A stretch of 64,000 bases of DNA, taken from contig LSRY02000015.1 of NCBI GenBank assembly GCA_001643675.2, forward strand, positions 1,116,001-1,180,000. The letters run 5' to 3'. The translations under genes were made by a program, and so were the position numbers. The notes under the pieces were generated by a model. The model made no database searches. It saw only the letters and a program-made list of their open reading frames with translations, and was not told the DNA's origin. The number at the start of each line of letters is the position of its first letter. Position 1 is the first letter of the stretch. This document shows positions 36,138 through 47,400 of this stretch, piece after piece. Source of the DNA: Monocercomonoides exilis PA203 (lineage: Eukaryota; Protista; Preaxostyla).

Positions 36138-37599
36138 CTAACAAAATACAAAACATGAAGAGAAGTCATTTATTTCAAATAAGGAGTTTTCTATATAAAT
36201 GTTTTTAAAGCTGAAAACTATATCTTCGAAGTCTTCTTCTTCAAGCTTTTCAAAAATTTCTCTTTTTTCAGCCATTATTTCGTCATAATCAATTACATTA
36301 CCACTATCTTCGACAATTTCTCGAATTATTTCCCTATTCAACCTATCTGAAATATGTCTAAACGCACACAAACACATGTCAATTTGATGATCTTTCAAAG
36401 TGGATTTAAATATTTCCTTCAAAATGAAATCAACTACCCCGCCCTCTAACAAACAGCCAATACTCACTGAATCAGCAAATGCCATTTGTTGCAAACAATC
36501 AAAACAAACTTCAACAATTTCTTCGTGATATTCTCTTGCTGCTTTGCTCAATTTCATAACGAGTTTGGCCAACATAATGCTTTCCTCTATATTAATGTAA
36601 TCTAGCGCATTGCTATATCTTAATGAAACGAGCCATCTATTTAATGTGTGCACATCCTTCATTTCTTTCTCACTTTTGTCTTTTTTCTTCCATTCCACAC
36701 TCTCAATCAGCACCTTCATTTCGTTTACTGATTCTTTCGAGAAATCCAGTTCATTCATAATCTCACAGATTATTCCCTCTTCATCATCTTCTTGATAAAT
36801 AAAGAAATCCCAGATAGATTGATACGCAAGACGTGTAAGATTGCGGCGCTCTTGATGATATTTTATGATTTCCATTACGCTGTTGTTATTCTCTTCTTTT
36901 TTCTCGTTCTATTTTCATAATAAAAAACTGCAATAAACATAAATGATTCAACATGCACATACCAAATTATTTGCCATCGATCCAATTGCCAATAACGTCA
37001 TTTCCACTTCCTTTTGCATTTCCTCACTTTCTTCCTTCTGAGATGCAACTTTTAAAAGGCAGGGCACACAAATTGAGTTTAATTCAATTGTTAAATCTTT
37101 GGTATATAACATAACATAGCATTGGCAAAGTTCAATTTATAGATTTTCATTATGTTTTTCTTTTTTAGATGCTTCATTGTGAATCAGATTTTGAAATAAA
37201 TCGCGCAATGAAGAGATAACAAATGTTGGATTATATATCAATTTCAACGATGAGCAATATCCATAATGCTTCAGAAACGTAAGTGCGTTTTCCAATGAGA
37301 TTTTTTTATTTTCAATTTTATCTTTAATATTGTTAAATGTGAGTGGAGTAAAGGCTACTCTTAATTCCATTTCATTCATCTTGTTTACCAATTCATTCAT
37401 TTCAGCTATTTTTTGTTTTTGCTCTGCATCTGAACAACAATCTAGCTCAGAAAGCATTTCTTAAATTTTCAATGATTTTTGTGCGAAATAAGTTAATGCA
37501 AGAAAATAGGATCAAAAGCAACAACAAACTTCGAAAATATTCAATTCGCATCATATCAACCAGCTCGATTGTTGAAATATGGTCGTTTGAAGTTTGCAT
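36138..37599 (-). pseudogene. Probable pseudogene of a lineage-specific multicopy helical protein family
   Basis: Family-like motifs ELDCCSDAEQKQKIAEMNEL, ICVPCLLKVASQKEESEEMQKEVEM and IIKYHQERRNLTRLAYQS. In-frame TAA at 37461-37463 and 37137-37139, with protein-like sequence continuing past the latter; no AG acceptor where exon 2 should begin. Confidence 0.6.
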
Positions 37600-38041
37600 T
37601 TTTTTTTTTTTTTGAAAAGATTTTTCTTATGAATATGTCAAGGTCAACAAAAAATTACCAATCGCAAAGATCAAATTATATTAGCTTTTTCAGACACAAT
37701 TAAAAACATTATTTCTTGTTTCTCCGATTTTCACAAAAAGAAATTATTTTCAAAAAAATAATTGCATATTTTAACAAGACCTTTTCATTGTTTTTTGACA
37801 ATAAATTAAACGCATAAATTGAAAATGCAAGAATGTGATTTGTATTATTTTTTTAATTTTTTTTCTTCATTCTTTTGTTTGTTTTTCCTTTTGTGAAATT
37901 TTTGTTTTTTTCTTGTTTTTATTGATCATATTGCTGTAATAACTTCCATGTCTTTTTTTGTTTTATATTTAAGTATTGAAATGTTTTTAAATTACAACGG
38001 AATTTTTCTTAAGATTGGGTGCAGTGATCAACTTTCGAAAA

Positions 38042-39676
38042 ATGTCTCTTAAACGGGCTTCATCTGCTTTGAATTTACTTCAATATAAGCCAGAATTTGC
38101 TTCTTCTACGGATTCCGCTTTGAAATCACCTTCCGCAAGCTTTACACCTCTTACAAAAATTGTTGCAACTCTCGGACCTGCTACAAGTACTTATGAAACA
38201 ATTTGTTTGTAATTTTATATGAAAATTTATCTTTAATGTTAACTAATATGTTTTACTTCGTTTTCTTTAATTGTTGCTGGATTTTCAGCTCAAGTTGTAA
38301 CTGCAGGAGTGAATGTGATCCGAATGAACTTTTCTCACGGAACTCATGAATTCCATGAACAATTATACAAAATTGTCCGTAAAGTTGCTGAAGATCTTGG
38401 AAAAGAAGTTGCTATCATTGCAGATCTTCAAGGACCTAAAGTTCGGACAAATACATTTCCAGGTGGAAAAATTACAATTAAGCGAGGAGATAAAGTTTCA
38501 ATTGTTGGATCACCTGAACCAGGGAAACCAGGCGTTATTACTACAAAATTCACTCCAATGATCACTCATTGCAATGTTGGAGAGCCTGTTTTAATCGATG
38601 ATGGTTTAATTCGTCTTATAGTCCAAGAGAAAAATCCAAATGAACTTGTATGCTTGGTTGAACAAGGTGGAGATGTGAAAGATCACAAGGGCATAAACCT
38701 TCCAGCAACTGATTTGGGACCTCTTCCAGCACTTACCGAGAAGGATATTGAAGATGCAAAATTTGTGCTCGACACTCTCGAAGTGGATTTCTTTGCCCTA
38801 TCATTTGTGCGAAAGCCGCAAGATGTTCTTGATCTTCGACATCTGATTGAAGCTAAAGGCAAAGAAATGCGAATTATTGTGAAGATTGAAAAGCCCGAGG
38901 CCATAAAGAATCTTGATGAAATTCTGGCTGTAAGCGATGCATGCATGGTTGCAAGAGGTGATCTTGCAGTTGAAGTTGGTACTGCCAAAGTGCCATGCCT
39001 TCAGAAGCACATCATCCGACATTGTCTTGAAATGGGACTTCCAGTTATCACAGCAACACAAATGCTTGAATCAATGACCCACAACCCAACACCTACAAGA
39101 GCAGAGGCAACAGACGTTGCAAATGCCATATACGATGGCACAGACTGCGTTATGCTTAGCGGAGAAACAGCAGCCGGAGAATTTCCAGTGGAAACAGTGC
39201 ACACGATGCAGGACATTATTCTGGAAACCGAGTTTCACCTCAGAGACGGCAAGAGGTCGCAATTTGAGGCGGAGCTGTTCAACCCGGAGAAGCAGAAGGA
39301 TTCATCTGGAAAGACCTCAGGCTTTTCTGTTGGGCTTGCTGCACATATGCTTGCCCGCTCCACCGATGCTGTGGCTTTCGGCTGTGTGTCAGACACTGGA
39401 AATGCAGCTATCCGTCTTTCAACATCTCGTCCTGCAATTCCTATTTATGTGTTTTCTTCTTCGCTTTCGACGATCAGAAGAATGTGCCTTACCCGCGGAG
39501 CATATGGACTGATGATGTCTTCGATTCCTCCCGCTGAGGAGATATTTTCCGAAATGGAGAAAAAGATGAAGAGAATGGGCTTTATTAAGACTGGAGAAAA
39601 TGTTGTGTACACTGCCGGACTCCCAACTTTAGCACATGCAACAACAAACACCGTGCACGTCAAAACAGTTGAATAA
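38042..39676 (+). CDS. PYK: Pyruvate kinase, 2 exons (intron 38205-38288)
   Basis: TKIVATLGPA, RMNFSHG, DLQGPKVR, LIDDG, KGINLP, KIEK, MVARGDL, ATQMLESM, PTRAEATDVANAIYDGTDCVMLSGETA. Confidence 0.97.
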
Positions 39677-39938
39677 ACATTGTTCATTCTAGAATAATAA
39701 AAAGTTAAAAAATATTTTTTCCTTCCAATTTAAGTATTCAAAAAACTATTATTTCCATCGTAATGACATATTTTTTAAAATTATTTTTTAGTTAATATCA
39801 TGTAACACCAATCTAATAAAGCTATTCTCTTCTTTTTCAATAATTTTTTAACCCAAAATTAAATATATAATCTGTAGAATGTTGAACGTTCCTTTTCAAG
39901 AATTAGAAGGAAAATAAAATTTCATTTTTATTTCTTTC

Positions 39939-40892
39939 ATGCTACTGCATTATGCAGTATTGATTTCACTCATTTGCTTCCTCATTCAGGCTGGCAACAA
40001 ACCTGTCTCGAATAAATCAGAGAATATTTCATCTCTGTTGCATTTTCAAGATTCCATCGAACTGCCAAAATTTCATCGAGTTGAACTTCCACAGCAATTT
40101 GACTTAGAAGGATTTTGTCCATCAACTCTTCCACTTCAATTCGTCCTTGAAGATGATCATCATTTCACCCCAGCTCAAAAAGATCGTCAGCAAAAAGAAA
40201 TTCATAAACAGAATGCCCCATTACATGTATTTGACGAAGACAACAGAGTGGAGCTTAAAAATGCTTCGTATCCATGGTATTTGTTTTTGACATTTTGGTT
40301 TTTAATTGTGTAATTACTCAAGGTCATCAATTGGAATGCTTGTCTCTTCTAGAGGAGTTTGCACTGGTACTCTCGTTGGAGAAGATATTGTTTTAACAGC
40401 ATCGCATTGCATTCCCTGGAACGATGATGGATCAATTGATCGTATTCGCTTCCTGCCTGGATTTTACAAGAAACATGCACCATTTGGGTATTTCGTTTAG
40501 CAATTATCAAAATTTATTAAAATTAAGTTGCGCTTGAAAATGAATCACACAATTGCGCATTCTTTCTGTTATTCGTGTTTTATATCTTCAGATATGCTGA
40601 TGTGAAAACCGTATATTCTCTCACTCGTAATGGCGGGAAGATCAACGCAGTTCAAGCTGCATTTGACGTGTCTTGTCTGAAGATCAGCAAAAAGCTAGGA
40701 AAGAAAGCCGGATATGCCGGCACAGTGCAATGGAAGAGAGAATGGGAAGAGAGGTCAGACTGGTTTAATGTGGGATATCCTCAGCCAGAGCATGGATTTG
40801 ATGAAGTATGAAGTTCTGCTTCTGACGAGCATGAATGTTTTTAGTATTTTTGTCAAACATTTGATGAAACCTCGTTTTTGAAATGATTGAAC

Positions 40893-40926
<34 letters not shown>

Positions 40927-41880
40927 TTTTATTTCTATTTTCTGTTTAATAGAAATTATCATCTAACATTTCTCTTTATATTTGTATTTATGCATTTTTT
41001 TAAAAACTTATTTATTTATTTATAATCAGGGAATAACTCCTCTTATACAGGAGCAAGGAAACGTGACTTTCGTGAAGGAATATACAATTGGCTCTCTGAC
41101 TTCTTATTTAATGAAGACAACATTTGATTTGACACGTTTGAAGTCTATTTTTATTTTTAAGAAGCAAAAATATTTTTATCTTTCAATAAACTTCTGTTTT
41201 CTTTTTCTTTTTTTCTTTTTCTTTTTCTTTTTCTTTTTCTTTTTTTCTTTTTCTTTTTCTTTTTTTCCTTTTTTTCCCTATTTATTTATTTATTTATTTA
41301 TTATTTCTTCTTTTTTTGTTCGTTTCATTCATTCATTCATCTATTTCATAGGAGGGCATTCAGGTGGACCTATTTTTGGTTTCTTTGATGGGGAAGAATA
41401 TCCACGAGTGGCAGCTGTTGTTTCATCAGAGAATCCTGCTTCAAGTTTGCCTTTTTTTAAACCAATTAAACAAAATGTATAAAAAAAATAATTCTTTTAA
41501 ACAAATAAATTATTTATTATCTCTCTCTCTCTCTCTCATTCTCATTCTCATTCTCATTCTCATTCTCATTCTCATTCTCATTCTCATTCTCATTCTCTCT
41601 CTTTCCTTCCTTCCTTCTTTCTTTCTTTCCCAAATTAATTGATTATTTTTGTATTATTTCAAACAAAGAATCGAATCCGCATGGAAGAAACAATCTTTCT
41701 GGCGGTGAATCTCTTTCATTTATTGTTGGCTATGCAAGATCAGTTTCTGAAGCTGAAAACAATAAAGAGGAACTTAACGCACCCATAGACCACGAAAACA
41801 TGCAAAGGAACAATCCCAAAATTAATGAAAAAGAAATCTCGAATGTGACTTTAATATTTAAGAACGGAAAGGATCATTGA
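39939..41880 (+). CDS. Secreted trypsin-fold serine protease, glutamyl-endopeptidase/V8-like, 6 exons (introns 40277-40322, 40488-40591, 40806-41029, 41136-41351, 41445-41668)
   Basis: Signal peptide; DNR..YPWSSIG..CTGTLVG..VLTASHC (His), AFDVS (Asp), VGYP and DLTRGHSGGP (Ser); all five introns are GT-AG and frame-preserving. Confidence 0.85.
41521..41601. repeat. Intronic compound microsatellite (CT)n(CTCATT)10
   Basis: Ten perfect CTCATT units at 41535-41594. Confidence 0.95.
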
Positions 41881-42073
41881 GAACTATAATTTTGAAAAGT
41901 TTCAAATGAAATTTCTTTATCATATTTTTTTCCAAATGCATAATTGCCTCCTCAAATTGTATATTTTCGCATCACTTTACAACAGACAAATTAGTTATTT
42001 GTTGTTTTTAGGATTTCGGAATTCTGAACATTTATAAAAAAAAAACCAAAATGAATATTTGTAAAGGTTTCAT

Positions 42074-43847
42074 ATGATCAAGATGAATTGTTGTGAATCA
42101 CATCGTTTTCAAAATGGACCAGCTGTTGCTGGGAATATAATGATAGATGAAGTTAAAAATATTAATTTTGTTCCAAGAGAATTAGTTTCTAGTGCTATTG
42201 GAGTTTATGAACTTTGCGATTTTCTTTTTTCAATTAATCAAAAATTTTGCAATTGGGTATGCAGTATTTATTTCATCAAAGTTACTTTATTCTGATAAAA
42301 TTTTGACCAATTGTTTTGGAAAACGATACTTTATTTGAAATATAAGGAAATGTTTGAAATCACAAATACTTTGCCAAATGTTTCTGAACATCTCAAAGTT
42401 AAAGAGAATAAACATCAAAAATTTCAACAAGAATTTTACAAGAATGAATATGGATTATCTTGCACTGAAGGTGACTTTCTTTGCAACGGTGTTTATAACG
42501 CTGTTGAAGAAATATTTGATAATAAATCACTTACTCCCGAAGTTAAGGAACTCTACGATAATGCGGAATCACCACCAGATTTATCAAATATTGATAAGTT
42601 GATTTTTGAATTGCCAGATAATCAAAAACCTCATGATTTTCCAAAACTTTCTGAAGAATATTCAAATCCAGGCTATTTCATGGAGCATTGGATTGACACC
42701 TTTAAAAAGGAGGAAGCAAAAGAGGAAAAGAGAAGGTCAAATTCCTTTAAGAATGATAAGACGAGGAAAGGACACAATTCTTTTCTGCGTCAAACTCAGT
42801 CGAGCATAAAGCGTTTTATTACGGAAGGCTCTTGCAACTTAGATGATAATTGCATAAACAAGCAATTACAACAGCGAGAGATGGACTTTAATAAAGAATA
42901 CACAAAAGAAAGAGATTTTCAGTTTGTGCAATGTAAAGAACAAAATACACACTCTTCTTGTTCAACAAATGTTTCTCCTGTAGTTCAAGATTCAACTTTC
43001 TTTAAGAATATTTTTTCAAATCCGTTGGATTCTGAAGAAACAAAAAAACAGAGGCAAAATGTGAATAAAAATTCATTGTCTCCGCAAACATTTAATGAAA
43101 TTAATTTAGATGCTTCAAAGCAGGCAACTGAATCTATTCTTTGTTCTGAGATTTCTGAACAAAAACATCCATTGGATTTTCCTTATGGATTCAACAAAAT
43201 AGGCGAATCACAGAAAAATTTGCAAAGAAATACTGCGCAAACAGTGCAATCAAGCGAAAAATTATCAACAAAGCAAACTGAAGATTCTTTTTTTGCAACG
43301 GATTATGAAGACGTAAAGAAAAGGCAAACTTCTGACAAGGATCGGCCTGCTCCTGAGATGAAAATACAGTTTGATGATTTGTCAATGCACAATTTTGTAC
43401 CAAAAGCACCATGTGTTGAATTTATTCAGATGAATTCAGAACCTAAAACTGCAGTGAGTTATGCTATTGAACGAAAAAATTCAAGGTAATGAATTATTCA
43501 CTTTTGAAGTTGAAATTTCATGAAAAGTATTTTGTGAATTTAAATAATTATTTGAAAGTGTGAGAACAAAAGAGGAAGCAAAATGCACTCATATTAGTGG
43601 AGTTGCAATTAATAAATCTTCAAGTGAAGCACCAATATCCGGAAATTTGCGGATGCAAACGATGGCTGCAATCAAAGAAGGAGTTAAGCTGCGTCCGGCT
43701 GCAGATAGAAAGATTCCAGAAAAACAGTTTCCACCAAAGCCTCCATCTCTTATCGCTGATATGATAGAAGTGACAAAAAAATTAAGAATGCTTATTAATC
43801 CCAACGACGAATCATCTTCAACAAGCAGCGATAGTTTTGATGAATAA
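42074..43847 (+). CDS. SCAR/WAVE-like actin nucleation-promoting factor, 3 exons (introns 42257-42346, 43486-43558)
   Basis: SHD-like PEVKELYDNAESPPDLSNIDK...YSNPGYFMEHW..KEEKRR; C-terminal WH2 RMQTMAAIKEGVKLR, a central helix and acidic tail NDESSSTSSDSFDE. Confidence 0.75.
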
Positions 43848-44418
43848 ATCAGAAAAATTCTATCAATGGAAGATGTTTCAAATAATTATTACTCGCTTTT
43901 TACTTATTTTGCTAAGAAATTTTAATTTAATTTGTTTTTCTTGCACACGCTTATTTTCAGTTTTTCAAAGAATGTTGGTAAAATATTGCATTTTATATTA
44001 TTTCACTTTTCAAATCACTTTTCCTGTTTCGAAATTTTTATCATAATAATTTTTATTGAAAGATGATTTTGATTCATAAAACAGAAATCCTTCATTAAGC
44101 ATTTTAAATCGATGAATGCACACTGTTCAAAACGGGATTTTTTAAAAATTTGATATTTTTGGTGGCAGAGTTGGTTTGAAAACCACTTTGTTGGAAAAAA
44201 GACAAAATTCGTAACATGAACTTAATAAAAAATACTAATTTCAAAAAACTGTTCATTAAAAATCAGAAACACAAGAGTGTTTGAATATTTTGAACTCAAA
44301 AAGAAACAACACAAATCATTTAAAATCCAATTTCATCGTAACAAACTACTTTTGACTTGTGAAAATAACACAACTTTCGTGAAATCTATAACTGATTCTT
44401 TGAGAAATTAACTTCAAT

Positions 44419-47400
44419 TCATTTAACAAAATATTCAGAAACATTTTTATCCTTCTTCCTCTTGAAAGTATCTTTTTTCCTTTGAGAGTTTCTTTGCTGA
44501 ACGGTTTCAATGCTTTTATTGTCTTCACTTGAATTATCTGTGAAAGTGATTGCATCGGACAGTGTCATTACCGCAGCTCCAGCTGGAAAGCGCTGAATGA
44601 ATTCCCTTTTCAGCATGTTTAGAGACAAACGAGTCGATGGATTAAAAGATAAACATGCGTTCACAACAGTCGAAAGAGATGAACTCATCACAGATTCTAA
44701 ATTTGGCTTTTCTCCGTTGACAATTTTCTGTCCGGCAGTTACTGCTTCGTATTCTCCAAATGGAATCTTTAACAACAAGCTCTCCCACAGCATCAGCCCA
44801 ATCGAAAACGAAACCGATTCCTTTGTCGCTCCCAATTTCTTGTTGACCAATAATTCTGGTGCCTTCCACCTCAGACACTCTTTTTTGAAGTCATCCTCAT
44901 CCTCAAAGGCTGAAGAAGGAAGAGAGTCACTTTCATCATCATCATTGCCACTGGCAGATGTCACAACTGTTGATGAAGAGATGGACGATGAGTCTGAATC
45001 ATCATCTGACAATAAGTCTGAATGCATCACAATGCATATGACCATATGCTCGGAGAAGAGAACAATGTGCGGACTCAGATTATTCAATGATTGAAGAGGG
45101 TTTTCCATTTCATCAAAGGAGTGAAGAGCTCCATTCGCCACCCAGAACAGGATCTGGGCAGCTGTTTGTTCTCTCTCTTGAAGACTTCCAATCGCCATCT
45201 CTTTTGTCTTATTCCTCCCATGAAGAAGCATGAACAACGAATCCCTCAGATCCACAATAAGCTTCTCATGAGGCGATGAACAGGCCATTGCATCCACCAA
45301 GTTCGACATCGATGAAGTGGTTGGGCAAAGATCCTCTCTCTGAACAAAAGTCGAATCAGAATCGGTCGTTGAAGTGGATGAAATAGATGGCGATGGTGTT
45401 CTCTTCCTTATCTCTTCTTCCTCATCTTTCTCCAACATCCATTGAGGGATCTTGTCTGAATCCTTTCCCAAGATATATTCAGTTGACCCACTCTCAGAGA
45501 GAAGATGCTCTGATGACTCTGAATGTTGCAGATTCGTGTCATATATCCTCTTCTTCATCCTTTCCTCATTCTTCTTCTCTGCCTCATTCTCTGCTCTCCT
45601 CCACTGCTCCTCTGGTGACATCTCCATCGTCACCATCTCAAATGCCTTCGGATCCTTTTTAATATTATCATTCACAATTTCCTCGAGCTCTTCTGTTCTC
45701 ATCTTTGACTTCTTCCATCTGATAATAAAAATTACTGCAATAATTATAACAAGAAGTAGAATCACTGCCAAAACTATTGTACTCCATGATAAAGAATTGC
45801 TATTCTTTCTTTCAACGAGATTATCATAATTTTCTGTCTGCTTCTCTGTTCTGTTCTTCAGAACAAAAGGAGTGCTGTGTTGTTCCTCCTTCTTTCCAAA
45901 TACAATTGCCACTGTGACTTCTGCTTCATTCGGAGCTGATTCGATTGTGGTTGATGATATTGATCCGCACACTTCCTTCTCCGAGACAAAGTCAGCCTCT
46001 GAAAATTCATGCCGCTCAACAGCCTCGGCATCTCCAATCCATGAGCTAACTTTAAACGACAATTCACATGGAATAAGAACATTACCAATAAACCGAAGCT
46101 CTGCAACACTTCCCTTCTTCTCGCTTTTCACCTCCTTTAAAATTGGAATAAACAATGTTGATATTCTTTCAGATGCAATTCCTCCAACCTTGCATCCTTC
46201 ATTCAGAAACCACAATGAAGAATATTTCTCTTGTCCATCTCCTCCCTTTAAACTCTCGATCTTCACTAACCCTTCATCTGAGCAGATGATGTTTCGTCTT
46301 ACAGATGGAAACTTCGATATGCCTGGATTGTTGTTCAAAAACTCTCCCTTTTCAACACTCACATCCCCTCCAGAAATGGACACTCCTCCATCTTTTGCAT
46401 TTTTAATTGATGTATCTTTTACAATTACGGACGAATTCTCAAAATGAACAATTGATCCATCCCATTCACATGCATCTTCACTATCTTCCATACATCTTTC
46501 AACGTCTGAAGAATACTCTCCATCAAATAAACATGAATCCAAAATCATTTCACAACAGCTTTTTATCGATACGATGCTTCCTTTTTCTCGATTCATACAG
46601 CTTCTTTTGATTGTGCAGTTCCCAATCAAAGCAGATTCAAGGGGAGATATACAAGACATAATTGAAGTTCCAGATGATTGACGAGACACATTTTGAAGAA
46701 TCGAGTGCAAAACACATACATTATCACGTGATTCGGAATAGACTTTGAAAATTGATCCTTCATTAATCGTTGCGTTGAAAATATCAAACTCATTGAAAGT
46801 CCAGTTCCCGTTAGTCAGAGTAATCAAATCGGAAGAACAGTGAATATTTTCCACTTTTAACTGCCTAACAACAACATCTGTGCTCAGATGCATTAAATAT
46901 GGAGATGCAATGTTAGACACTGTGCAATTACCAATCGTTAGTTTCCCAGATACACTTTCAATCAAAGTTGGAATTGTTGCTTCAAAAAAATTATCATTCC
47001 TCGAATTGAATGAAGTTGACAAAATAGATAACATTCCTGCCACAAAAAATATCGTTTTATAAGTACTTGGAAAAGTCCTTGAAAATTGAATGTTAACAAG
47101 CTCAATAACAACATGCCCACTCACAGAAACCACATAATCCCGTGTGGACACCAGGAAAGGAGAAATACTGATGTTTGAAAAATCAAACCCTTTTGAACGC
47201 ATTGTTAACGATTTCAATTCTATTTCTTTCTCAATCTCACTTTCTCCATCAACGGCCAACATTGAGTTAAATTCTTCAATAATATGGTCCAGTCCATATC
47301 CAACACTCAAACATGGCAACTCCGATATCCCGCATTTCCTTGTATTGTTCCCTCCTTTTCCGTTCACATTCGATACAACGATTGTTGCTGATTGATAAAT

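Noticed and set aside
37137-37463. In-frame TAA as stop-codon reassignment (TAR=Gln is known in the oxymonad Streblomastix)
   Set aside because: Conserved genes here terminate at TAA/TAG (pyruvate kinase, ATPase, RPN10), and multi-kb ORFs contain no internal TAR.
40982-41642. Poly-Phe and (IL)n 'membrane' ORFs
   Set aside because: They are translations of intronic polypyrimidine and CTCATT microsatellites within the protease gene.
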